A DNA stretch of 64,000 bases from Octopus bimaculoides (GCF_001194135.2 NC_068989.1:69662014-69726013); one strand, 5' to 3'; numbered from the stretch's first letter, positions 12,459 through 24,465 are shown. The notes: generated by a model from the sequence alone, not told the origin. Translations and numbers: made by a program.

Positions 12459-13240
12459 GTATATTTTAATCAGATGTAGAGATTTTGCTTCTTGTTCATT
12501 AGGATCTTCTTAAAACCCCCTTCCACTTGTTTGATTTTGGTTGTTTGTTTACCAGCATCTGGATGCTTAGTGAACAGGAAATGGTTTGTAACATCTCCAT
12601 GCTTAAACATGTTCAGCTAAGCATAAATATCCTTCTTAATAGTTCTGCAAAATGAATAATCAGTTTTGATTAATGGAAACGTGAGTTTTGATTTTCATTG
12701 ATGAAAAATTTATCGGATGGAATAGTTAGTTAACTTTGCTTATTGAATTAGCAACAAACTTTTTGCTATATTGAATCATTTCTGTAATTTATTTTGAGAT
12801 ACTGGTTATGTTGTCTTTTAATTTTTCAGTATGTAATACTTAATGAAATTGTATGCAAAATTATTTTAAAATAGTTAATAAAATCTATTGCAATAGACAA
12901 ATCATCCTCATTATTTAAGATCTGTTTTTCATGCTGACATGGATTGGATAGTTTGTTAGGAGCTGGCAAGTCAGAAGACTGCACCAATCTCTGCTGTCGG
13001 CTTTGGCATGGTTTCTATGGTTAAAGACTCTTCCTAACAAAAAACCACTTTACAGCATGGTTTGAGTGCTTTTTACATAGTGCCAGCAGCATTGAGGTCT
13101 ACAAATAAGTTACGAGACAAAACTTCTCAACTGATGCTGTTGTTGTATTGAGGAAGGTGGAGCACAAGGAAATAAGTTCAGTCCCTGGTACTGTCTGGTT
13201 TTTTATACTTTTTTTTATTTATTAATCCTGGCCCAAAATA

Positions 13241-13525
13241 GATTATTATTATTATCTTGCAAATTTTCAAATTTTATTATGTCTGTAATAAAGAGCAACA
13301 CACAAATAAATCCTTGAGTGTTGGAGATATTACTTTGTTCCATTCACAGAAACCTCAGTTAAACGTCATTGAATTAATCTGCAGTCATAGATGGGTGATC
13401 ATTCTGAAAAGGATACTCAATACAAAGTAGTTCTTTATATCAATTTGTCTGTCAGTTAAGAAGTTCACTTCACATCTACATGGTTTCAGGTTCAATACCA
13501 CCCCCACTGTATGGCATCTTGGGAA
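13241..13525 (+). repeat. Local direct duplication, copy 2
   Basis: See 11068-11350. Confidence 0.9.
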
Positions 13526-14073
13526 ATAATGATAGTAAAGGTTTCATGTAGTGATTATGAAAACTGTCAGGAATTAACTAATAGAATTCTTTAGCTGAAC
13601 AGGCAAAGGAGAAGTTTCTAAATTTTTGTGCACTATTAGGCTTCATCAGTGGTGATATAGTTATTGCTTTTGCTTGCTGTGGCTCTATATTAATCAACTA
13701 GTCTTTTCTTTTGCTCACAAAGCTTTCTGTAGTAATTAAATTGCTGTTTTGTATAATGAAGTCTAATAATCCAGAAGCATCTGAAAGTTTCTCCTTCCTG
13801 ATGTTTCTATGCAACCTCTCCTCTTCATGGCTCATTTATTGTCCACTTTTTTGTTTTTGTTTTGCTTGGTGTGCCATGCATTTGCTTTTTAGTCTATTGC
13901 TGTCTTTCTTCACTTGACTCATTGCTGCTCTCTGTCCCTGTTTTTAATCTTTGCTGAGTTGTAGTGCACCTGGGCACTATACAAAATAAGCTCATCCTTA
14001 TTACCTGCTTTAACACCATCAGCTAGGCCTAAGCATTCAGGCTAGGTCTCTGGTCTTGAAACAACTTCTTCCT

Positions 14074-14606
14074 ATTAATCTTAGAAATCTTGAACAACAG
14101 CATAGACACTGTCTCGTCTCCCCTGACCAAGCAATTAAACTCTATCAATAAAAACCATTGGGCTGGAAAAAATGGAATTAAACACACAAATATGGGCTTT
14201 CGTTTATTAGATGACATACATAGGCTTAAACATGACTGTGGTTAAGAAATTTGTCTTGCAGCCATATGGCTATATGTTCAGTCCTACTGCATAGCACCTT
14301 TGGCAGGTCTCTTCTACTATAGCCCCAGGTCAACCAAAGCTTTGTGAGTGGAACTAGTTGATGGAAATGGAAAGAAACCTGTGCTATATGTGTATGTGTG
14401 TCTTTGTTTGTCCCTCCCCACCAACTCCACTTGACAATCGGTGTTAGTTTGTTTACATTCCTGTAACTTAGCTGTGTAACAAAAAGAGACTGATAAAATA
14501 AGTACCAGACTTTAAGCAAAAAAATTAAAAATCACTAAGGTTGATTTGTTTAAACCCTTCAAGGCAGTGTCTGATGACTGAAACAAGTTAAAGATAATGA
14601 TAAAAG

Positions 14607-14647
<41 letters not shown>

Positions 14648-15045
14648 TGTATGTCTCTTTGTTTTGACATCACTCTTGAGTTGTACATGAGCATCATTAA
14701 TCAACTGGTGTTGTTTGTTTCCAGTTTTCTCTGGAAACATGTTTGGCCATGCAGAAAAAAAGAACCTTCTTGAAAACAATTGAATGACCTGGAGCTATAG
14801 TAGAAGAGACTTGCCAAAGATGCTATGCAGTAGGACTGAACATGTAACCATATGGCTGCAAAACAAATTTCTTAACCACACAGTCATGTTTAAGCCTATG
14901 TATGTCATCTAGTACACAAAAGCCCATATTTGTGTGTTTAATTCCGGTTTTTCCAGCCCAATGGTTTTTATTGATAGAGTTTAATTGCTTTGTCAGGGGA
15001 GACAAGGCAGTGTCTATGCTGTTGTTCAAGACTTCTAAGATTAAT
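14074..15045. repeat. Inverted duplication, arms 14074-14332 and 14785-15045
   Basis: Arms of about 260 bp, roughly 90% identical as reverse complements. Each has about 155 bp of non-SINE flank plus a SINE B head. Confidence 0.95.
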
Positions 15046-16289
15046 TGAATGTTACTGATGTGAAACGTCTCTGGTTATAAAAAAAATCTTCCTCAAAGAT
15101 TTCTGTCTGACACATGCAGGAATAGAAAAGTTGACATTAAAGTGGTGGTGGTGGTGGTGGGTGTATGCTCTGTATGATCACTCTGAAATATTGTCTACCA
15201 TCATAGATATTATTGTGGTACTGATAGACTTCTCTATCGAGTACCATCAGGATGCACTCTGCTATTAGCAGAAGTACTTCTATAAAAGATTTCTGTTTAT
15301 GAAATTATGTGATAAGCTTTTTGTTTTATTTGAACATTGTTATGTCTGTTTATTGCTTTTTACTCTATAAAATGGTATAGATGTTTTGCGTGTTTCTCAT
15401 TTCTTCTTTTATTTACTTCTAAGCCAGTGTTCTTATCTTAGTTGTAGGTGAACTGCACCTGTTTAGAAAATATCAAGTGAATAATACACAATCAATATTT
15501 GAACCGAATAAGACAATACCTTAGAGAATAACTGAAATGAACCACTCTGAATCTAATGCTAGGCTCCACTAAGTCTTATATATTTTACACAGTATATTCC
15601 AAATAATTGAAAGGAATCACATTGAGATCATAATGGGTGTCTCATTTACACAGAAAACAATAATAATATATAAACAAATAATGAATGATCTACGAGAAAA
15701 GTATTAAATTGGATGATTAAATGAGAAATATATAATTCTATAATAAATTTTCAATTAAGCATATGGAGTACAACTAAGTGTTTGAAACCTTCATATTTCA
15801 TATTTAATCATACATTTTAACGATAACAGAAAATTCTTTGAATATAACCAAACTCAAGCAAACAACACATTGTTCAAAAAGATGTGTTGCTAAATTTGAA
15901 ATTTAGATTTTATCTTTGTTCTTAGCTTCCATATTTTGGAAGATAAAGTGTTTCACTCAAAACTGTTGGAGATTGAGTTGAAAGCAATTATTGGGTTCCT
16001 GGAGTTTGAATCGGTAAAAATGTACTGACTCCAGTTCAAAATTAATGTAAATTGTAATCTAATTCATTAAAATTTTCAATTTCACAGATACTAATTCAAA
16101 TGTTCTGAACTGAAAATAATCAAATTAGATTTATGGGCTTCTGTGAAGCAACTCTGTCTCCAAGAACAACATTAAAAAAAATTGGGCGTTTGGATTTTGA
16201 ACTAAATCACTCCACCACCCCCAACTTCCTCTGCAATACATCTTTTCATAAAAAATTCTGTAGGGATGAATCTTTTACTTATTAACAGC

Positions 16290-16645
16290 ATTATCGTGGC
16301 CAATGCTGGCATCACATAACTAGCATCCATGCCGATGGCACGCAAAAAGCACCCTTCATAAATTGGGCCTCATGGAGGCAATGATAAGCAACCAAGACTT
16401 TTGGCGATATGCTGTGCTTGAGAAGACCTGTCAAACCAAGTGAAATTGTAGTCGTGACCAATGCTGGTGTCACATAACTGGTACATAAGAAGCACCCATT
16501 ACACTCTTGTAGTGGTTGACATTAGGAAGGGCATCCAGCTGTAGAAGCCATGCCAAATCAGATTGGAACCTGGTGTAGCCCTCCAGCTTACCAGTTCAGT
16601 CAAACTAACCCATGCTAGCATGGAAAGTAGATGCTAAATGATGAT
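16290..16645 (+). mobile_element. LINE 3' end-derived repeat (family C, RTE-like (GAT)n tail)
   Basis: AGGAAGGGCATCCAGCTGTAGAA ... CCCATGCTAGCATGGAAAG ... ATGATGAT. Assignment to the RTE clade is an inference. Confidence 0.75.
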
Positions 16646-17213
16646 GATTTGTTTAATTTAATATAATTTTTCTTATTACATTCACTAAAAATTTACATCT
16701 AAACAATGCTTTAACCTTAAAAAATGAGGTATTTACATATCAAATTGAATTTATTTCTTTTAAAATAATCATTTGTTGAGTTAGTGTTGTTTAGTGTTTT
16801 AGTCTTTTAATGAATGCAAGATTTTCCTGATTTACTTTTATAGTTATTTTTTTAATATTCTTTTTACTTTATGACCTTTGATAAAATTGTTGATACTTAA
16901 ACTGATGATCTGGAGTCAAAGTTTTTTGTGTACGGTCTCAAAGACCCCATTTTTTTACTTGTCTTCAGAAAGCAAAGTATCTTAATATATGAGTCACTAA
17001 GGTAAAGAATTACAGAATTTAAATGTTTGATATTCTCTCTCTAACATGTGAGTGAATTGTTCCTGAGGTTTAATTTTGGCTGGAGTTTTGGACTAATTTC
17101 CTGAAGGCCTTATCTCATAGAAAATGTAAAAGGTAGTTTTTTTCTCTTTGTTTTCCGCTGGAAATTTTAAATTTTATTTTTCACTTTTTTTTTTTAAACA
17201 TTTTTGCTCCCAG

Positions 17214-17235
17214 CTTTTGTATCCTTTTCCTTGAG
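17214..17235 (+). other. Candidate 22-nt microexon (phase 2 to 0, FCILFLE)
   Basis: Long T-rich tract ending CCCAG, GAG|GTATGG donor, phase-compatible with 12406-12458. Confidence 0.25.
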
Positions 17236-18015
17236 GTATGGGGCTTCAAGGGATACTTATTACAAAATTTTGCTCAATTGTGTTATTGAATTGAAGTAAA
17301 CCAGGTTATATCTAAATTTAATTTAAACAACATTTTACAAAGTGTTCTATGTTTGGCATGAAAATTCTTTTCCACCAAATGAATGAATAAATTCTCAGAT
17401 GTTGATTCTGAACTTAAATTTCATCTACCTCAATTTGAATTTGTAATTTTACATTCAAACTCCCATAGGACTTAATTTATATGTTTTATTTTTCCATTTC
17501 TTAGTTTATTTAGCTAACAATAGTTATGTTGGATACACATTTGGAGATGCTTTTTCAAACAACTGTTATTTGAGTAGCAGAAATGAGAAATTAGATGATA
17601 AATCCTTAGAATGGATTTACCATATTTGATTGATGATCATCGTCTGATTGAGCTTATTTGGATTTGCCTGAATTAACCATGGCACCTGCTCTGATCTTGC
17701 ATAGCAATCAGTAGGTCAGTGAAGTATAATCCTGTCTGGTCAATGAAATATTTTGCTAGACAGGCAGCCTATGTATAGTCATGTTGGAATCTTCATAGGA
17801 TTGTATCACTAATGGTTTATTACTTAGCTCTCCAGCAATGCCCTTGTACTTCTCTTTTTCTGATGATATCAGTAATTACAAAAACACTACTATCCAGTCT
17901 CTGTTTGGTTAGATGTTTTTTTTCCAAAAGATATTCAGTGTTCAAAATAAAAAAGGGTCCTTGAAAAGGTTAGTGGAAAAAATTGGACCCAAATCTGGAA
18001 ATAAAGTCTCAGTAA

Positions 18016-18255
18016 TTAACTCTTTTGTTACCATATTTCTTTGGAAATGATTTATAGAAATATCCAGTATTTGGAGAGGCATTTAGTTACCAAAGTTTGA
18101 AAATATTGATGAGTTTAGTAAAATAACTTTGTCACTATTAAGCTGGTGCTTCAAACACAAAATTAACATGAAATTTTGATGGAATGTTTTAATGTAGATC
18201 ACTTTAAAACATTAAGTTTGTATCATAGAACCAGGAGGACGGTAGATGGTATTCA
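18016..18255. mobile_element. piggyBac-like MITE family D carrying a 42-bp foreign insert (18052-18093)
   Basis: TTAACTCTTTTGTTACCATATTTCT start. The family sequence resumes after 18093. Confidence 0.75.
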
Positions 18256-20439
18256 GAATATGAAATTTGGGCAGAAAGTTTTATTTTGGATTGCTTTAAA
18301 ACAATAAGTTTTAAAGAAGCAGAGGCTTGTTGATATGGGAAGGGTTGATGTAGAACAAAGTAAAAATGAAAGTATATTTTGCAAACTTTTGCAATTAAAA
18401 TAATTTGGCCTTTCGTTTTATTAAGATATTAAACAGAAGTAACTGTTATAATGTAATTAGTGTTTTTGTGAAATCTAATTTAGTGTCTTTGTGAAATCTA
18501 ATCTATGTATATGTGAGATTATCTGATTCTTATTCTATTGCTGTCCTATATTTTGTATTTACCAGCACCTGATTAGAATGGGATACAGTGACACTTTGTT
18601 GATGAATTTCTGTTGTATTTCCCTTAGGCAAGGAACATTACTTAACCTGTTTACTTAGCTAAAAAGTAGTCTCTTGTATTAGATTTCTCTGTAATATTCA
18701 TTTTTGATTTCTGTCTTACAATTAATTAATTACATGTTCTCGTGTCTATTGAACACTTAATTTGAGAATTTAACCTAAATTCATGAAATATTTCATAGGA
18801 ATAATTGAAACAAGTTCAAATACTTAAAATTAAATTTAGCTGTCTTTGTTTTTATTGGTTTCTATCTGTAGGCTGTGGCCATACTGGAGCACCACTCTAA
18901 TCCTTGGTGCCGCTTTCTGCCACCTTTCTCTATAAGAAATTGTGTTCACCAACTGACTGGTCTCCTACTACCACCCTGTCAAAGGTTCGACTCCAGAACA
19001 CATTTCATTCTGGTACCTTTTATGTTTTGTTCTTTTTACACATATAACTGGATGCAACTCAGTACACCAGTAAACATATAAACAAAATCACAAATATATG
19101 TAGATATTACAAGATGGGCCTCTGTACAGTTTCCATCTACCAAATTTAACCCACATTGATCAACATTAGACCACAGTAGCAGACACTTGTCCAAGATATT
19201 GTCAAATTGTGGAGTAAGATTGAATTTGGAACCATGCAGTTGTTAAACGAAGTTCTTTATTTAGACTGTAGGCACAAGCAAAGCCATATGGTTAATGAGA
19301 AAAAAAAAAAGTGGGTGGTAGGGAGAATTCCTTTCAACAACTGATATTCAGTTATAGAAATATCCAGTATTTGGAGAGGCATTTAGTTACCAACTATCTT
19401 TGATTGATGGTTTAAGTTGTGGTTTGAATTAGCTGAGTGAATCATAACTCATGGAATGAACTAAAAAAACAGAAAAATCAGTTTTTAATGTATATGGCCA
19501 AATGTTAGAGAACTAACATTTACAACTGCTTTCTTTCTCAGTATTTGGTTTTACCCACTCTCTGTTTCTGTATACCAATATGGCCATTGTTGCAGCATTG
19601 TTGATTATATCCTTAGGTGTTGGCATGACTGTATGATAAAGGAGATCACAGGTCAATCAAGTGGACTTGTATTCAGTCCTACTGTATGACAACATGGACA
19701 AGTGTCTTGTAGCCCCAGGCCAACCAATGCATATCAGCAAATTTAGTAGATGGAAACTGTTTGAAGCCTATTATGTGTGTATATATTTGGATGTGTGTGT
19801 ATATATACACACACACACACATATACTATTTATATTTAGTAGATATATAGGCAGTGAAATTTGCTATCATTTCACTATTGACCAATCGTCTATATGTCTT
19901 GTGTTTTGGAAGACATGTACAATAAGAGATCCTTTACCTGAAATAACAAGATAACATCTTGCCTGTAAAACAGTACCTCAATAATCTATATATTCTTCTA
20001 AACCATGCTAGCATTGAAAAGCATGTGTAAAATGAATGTACTGTTCTATCAATCCTTATATCTACCCAGCCATTCTTCCAGATATCTGTCTCACTAATAT
20101 TTTTCTTTCTGCTACTCCATGACAATAATTTAAATGGAATTGTAGGCTTCTCAACATTTCGAGTTTAAAGAGACCTGAAATGGGTACTGCTCCACCTCCT
20201 CTTCAGATTAAATAAGATAATTTGCAAGATAGTGATGGTAGTGTTTGGAACAGTGACCATTAATTTTAGTGGTGGAGGTCATGGATCAATTACATCCAGT
20301 TATTTTCACTATGCACAAGGTTTATAGTAATTTGAAATAACTTCAAATTATCACTGATGTCAGTATTATCTGAGAGCTGAGTCATAAATGACAAGGCTTG
20401 CTGAGTAAAAAAAAAAAAAGATTGAAGTCAGAATATTAC

Positions 20440-20850
20440 ATTACCAAATTTGCTTCCTGATCACATGGTTCCAGGTTCAGTCCCACTGTGTAGCACCTCG
20501 GGTAAGTTTCTTCTTGTTATAGCCCCAAGCTGACCAAGGCTTTATGAGTGGATTTAGTAGACGGAAACTCAAAGAAGCCCATAGTAAATGTATGTATTTA
20601 TGTGTGAGTTGGTGTCTTTTTGTCTTGACATTGTGTGATTGTTGTGAGTGAATGTGACCATCATACAGGCAGTGTCCTTCCTTTACAATCTTCTATAGAA
20701 ACATGTCCAGCCATGAGGAAGCATTGTCCTACTGGGAAACAGTCAAGTGCTGGCAACAGGAAAGGCATCTGGCTGTATAAGATCCACCTCAATAAATTCT
20801 GTCCTCCCCATGTGAACTCAGAAAAGTGGACATTAAACCGATGATGGTAG
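20440..20850 (+). mobile_element. SINE family B (B2 tail)
   Basis: CACATGGTTCCAGGTTCAGTCCCACTG head and GGAAAGGCATCTGG ... GATGATG tail. Confidence 0.85.
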
Positions 20851-21494
20851 CATCTACGTCTGCCTACTACTATGTCATCTGTTTGTGATATTGTGATAAA
20901 AATTCTGGAGCCAGCATTCTGGAAAGCTTTTCTTTTCATATTGAACATTTGAACTGCTAATATTTAGATGCTATTTCCTTTGATGAATTTCTATCTTGCT
21001 TTTTGTATAAATTAAACAAACAGTGATCTTTTTAAATGCATGGAAAAAATTTTTTTCTCTTCTATAAAGAGAAACATTACATTTTAATTTACAGTTGTTT
21101 GGGAAACATTTGCTTTCTTGTCCAGAACCCGTTTGATCGCACAAGATTCCTTTTTTCCATCTATACTATTAATGGATTGCAAGCTTGTCTCCTGTTTTGT
21201 GTTACTTATTGACATATTTCTTTCTTTTTTTACTTATAAAAAGCTTTTTAACAGTTCTTCAATTATTTATGTATTTGTTAGATATTTCTTCATTATATTC
21301 TTTGACAGAGCTAGCTGTCTTGCTAATTAGAGTTATGAAGTAGTATTGATGTCTTGCTGAATATATTTGAATGGTGTAAACACTCAAAGCAAGAGTAACC
21401 AAAAAATGTTTTCCTTTGAATCACTTTTAGGTGATGGATTACATTTTGTTTCCATATATAAACATGAAAGGAAGGGAAAAAATGCAGGTGCAGG

Positions 21495-21905
21495 CACTAC
21501 TGTGTGGTCAAGAAGTTTATTTCCCATCCATGTGGTTTTAGGTTCAGTCTCGCTGCATGATACTTTGTATAAGTGTCTTCAGCCTTAGCGCCAGTCTGAC
21601 CCAAACCTTGTAAATGGGTTGATGGAAAGTGAAAGAAACCCATTATGTGTGTGTGTACAAGTATCTGTAAATGTGTGTTCATGTAGGTGCCAGTGTGGGT
21701 TTGTATCTGTGTTTTCACATGATAATTGTCATACAAGCAAGGCCCTTTTCAAATCTTTCATGGAAACATGTCTGACCATGAGTAAAGTATTCCCTTGGAT
21801 ATAGAACAGGGTGGACAACATGAAGAGCATCCAACCATAGAAAAATCTGCCCCCAACAAATTTCTATCCAAACCATGCAGGCAAAGGATGTTAAAACAAT
21901 AATGA
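21495..21905 (+). mobile_element. SINE family B (B2 tail)
   Basis: Same head, body and tail order as the other B2 copies. Confidence 0.8.
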
Positions 21906-22109
21906 TGATGAACTGTTAAAAAAAATGAATGTTGACAATAAATGGATATAATATATTAATGTTGGAAGTTTTACGAGGGGGTGCTGAAAGTTTCCTGGCT
22001 TTAAGAGTATTGTGAAAGGCCTGGTTGGAGGCCCAACTTTCCGAGTTCTTTTACAGAGCTTAGGAAAACTGGACCACTTCAAGAAGTGTGTGAATCTGAG
22101 AGGGGAATA

Positions 22110-23455
22110 TCTATATATATAAAAATGAGAATGTCTGTCTGTCTGTCTGTCGGTCTGTCTGTCTGTCTGTGTGTGTGAATCCCTAAAACTCGAGAACTAC
22201 GCAACCAATTTCATTCAAATTTTACACATGCCTTACTTAGGGTTCCAGTTGTGTTTTAGTCAAAAAAAATTATTAACTTCTTGCAGAGTTCGAGCACACG
22301 GCAACATAATATCTCCTCCTATTTAAGTATTACGTGTCAAAAGTGAAACAAAAACACTCATGTCAAATACTTTCACTTTAAAAATGAAACTATTCNNNNN
22401 NNNNNNNNNNNNNNNNNNNNNNNNNNNNNNNNNNNNNNNNNNNNNNNNNNNNNNNNNNNNNNNNNNNNNNNNNNNNNNNNNNNNNNNNNNNNNNNNNNNN
22501 NNNNNNNNNNNNNNNNNNNNNNNNNNNNNNNNNNNNNNNNNNNNNNNNNNNNNNNNNNNNNNNNNNNNNNNNNNNNNNNNNNNNNNNNNNNNNNNNNNNN
22601 NNNNNNNNNNNNNNNNNNNNNNNNNNNNNNNNNNNNNNNNNNNNNNNNNNNNNNNNNNNNNNNNNNNNNNNNNNNNNNNNNNNNNNNNNNNNNNNNNNNN
22701 NNNNNNNNNNNNNNNNNNNNNNNNNNNNNNNNNNNNNNNNNNNNNNNNNNNNNNNNNNNNNNNNNNNNNNNNNNNNNNNNNNNNNNNNNNNNNNNNNNNN
22801 NNNNNNNNNNNNNNNNNNNNNNNNNNNNNNNNNNNNNNNNNNNNNNNNNNNNNNNNNNNNNNNNNNNNNNNNNNNNNNNNNNNNNNNNNNNNNNNNNNNN
22901 NNNNNNNNNNNNNNNNNNNNNNNNNNNNNNNNNNNNNNNNNNNNNNNNNNNNNNNNNNNNNNNNNNNNNNNNNNNNNNNNNNNNNNNNNNNNNNNNNNNN
23001 NNNNNNNNNNNNNNNNNNNNNNNNNNNNNNNNNNNNNNNNNNNNNNNNNNNNNNNNNNNNNNNNNNNNNNNNNNNNNNNCAGGGTCAAACACTGTCTGTA
23101 GCTGGTCTTCTCTTGGAAGAGCCCTGCTTCTCACATGGACAACTGTATGTTGGCTGCTCAAGAGTGGGCAGCAACAAAAAAACCTATTTGTATATGCTCT
23201 ACAAGGGAAAACAAGGAACATAGTTTACAATGAGGTGTTATAATCACAACAGCAAGAAAGTATGTACATGATCACCTTCTTTTACGAAACTTCATTGACT
23301 TTCATATATTTATATTGATATACATATATATACGTGTGTTTGGGTGCGTGTGTGTATATATACATCTCTATATATAAAGATGATGCGTAGTCTAGACGGC
23401 GTTTTTAGATTTCATTATTCTCTCTAACCCAGGCAACGCCGGGTATTTCTGCTAG
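22110..23455 (+). mobile_element. Non-autonomous Helitron (canonical Helitron1 ends)
   Basis: 5' TC at 22110, 3' CTAG at 23452-23455, GC hairpin ACCCAGGCAACGCCGGGT at 23427-23444, inserted between A and T with no TSD, (GTCT)n near the 5' end. 684 bp are hidden by a gap. Confidence 0.92.
23080..23243 (+). pseudogene. Helitron Pif1-type helicase C-terminal fragment
   Basis: QGQTLSVAGLLLEEPCFSHGQLYVGCSRVGS, then after a frameshift in an A run NLFVYALQGKTRNIVYNEVL*. Confidence 0.92.
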
Positions 23456-23589
23456 TCTTCAATAAAATCATTATTAACTGATCCTCCTGTATTTTCTTTT
23501 ACCCAAAACCACGAACTTTTCAGCACCCCCATGTATAGTTTATAAAGTAACATTTATGTTCTTTATAATGGATCTTTTAGTTTATGCTC

Positions 23590-24465
23590 AGTTCTTGTTA
23601 GTAAGGAAGAATTTGGGTGACGGTTACTCAAATGAGGATTCTGCCATCCTCAGAGAACTGACCGTGCTTGATATACAGAAAAGTGGTAGGTAGGAATTGT
23701 ATATAGTGTACCGATCACAAATTATGGATGCATGAAAAGTATAGTGGGATCATAAGCAGGCTACTGTGATCAAAGAAAAGGCAGGCTGACCAAGAAGGCA
23801 AACTTTATATTTGGCGGATGTTGTACAGGTGTGGTTAGCAGTATGAGCACTTGTAAAATAAATTCTTTCAAATGCTTAGAAATTTCCATAGAAGTAGTTG
23901 GTAGCTTCCTGTTTCCTAGATGGCCTAACTAATAGTGTAGGTAGGGGGCTGTCTCGAAAGAATAGTAACCAGAGTAAGCCTGGGTGAAAATAGTTACAAG
24001 AGGATTATCTCTCCAAGTTAAGGGTAGATTGTATGATACTTCTTATTTCTTATTACTTTGTTGCCCACAAGGGGCTAAACATAGAGGGGACAAACAAGGA
24101 CAGACAAAAGGATTAAGTCGATTACATCGACCCCAGTGCGCAACTGGTACTTATTTAATCGACCTTGAAAGGATGAAAGGCAAAGTCGACCTCGTTGGAA
24201 TTTGAACTCAGAACGTAGCAGCAGACGAAATACCGCTAAGCATTTCGCCCGGCGTGCTAACGTTTCTGCCAGCTCGTCGCATTCTGTATGATACTTCTGT
24301 GTGAAATATGACGTTGCATGAAAGCAAACCTTAAGCATTGAATGTGGAGATGTGTGAAAGCTGAAAAGAAGAAAATGAGGTGAGTGTGCTCCCCTGAATG
24401 TCTAATGTTAGTATATTTGAATGAAGAGGGCCAACTGAGTTGAGAGAAAAACTAGGTATATTATA
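23590..24465 (+). pseudogene. RTE-clade LINE reverse transcriptase C-terminal fossil, with Cys-rich insert, split by a SINE
   Basis: Degraded frames: VLVSK, *PCLIYRKVVGRNCI*CTDHKLWMHEKYSGI, IEVVGSF, WVKIVTRGLSLQVKGRLYDT, then after the SINE MTLHES..ALNVE..NEVSVL..ELREKLGI. Confidence 0.8.
24044..24284 (-). mobile_element. Young full-length SINE family A with 14-bp TSD
   Basis: TSD TGTATGATACTTCT at 24030-24043 and 24285-24298. CpGs intact. tRNA-like A and B boxes on the minus strand. Confidence 0.95.

Larger units (their letters stand above)
21972..23535 (+). mobile_element. Mariner deletion derivative (MITE) interrupted by a Helitron
   Basis: TA TSDs at 21972-21973 and 23534-23535. TIRs CGAGGGGGTGCTGAAAGTT and AACTTTTCAGCACCCCCATG. 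Removing the Helitron restores KCVNLRGEYLQ*, a mariner C-terminus. Confidence 0.9.

Noticed and set aside
12556-12680. AG/GTGAGT-bounded 125-nt segment
   Set aside because: Stops in all three frames. It could only be a non-coding or poison exon, and there is no evidence for that.
17515-17705. Frame that looks continuous if TGA is read as Trp
   Set aside because: It needs three recoding events, with no homology and no mitochondrial (numt) similarity.
24361-24390. Strong donor GAG|GTGAGT
   Set aside because: It lies within the RTE fossil (codons NEVSV) and has no open upstream exon.
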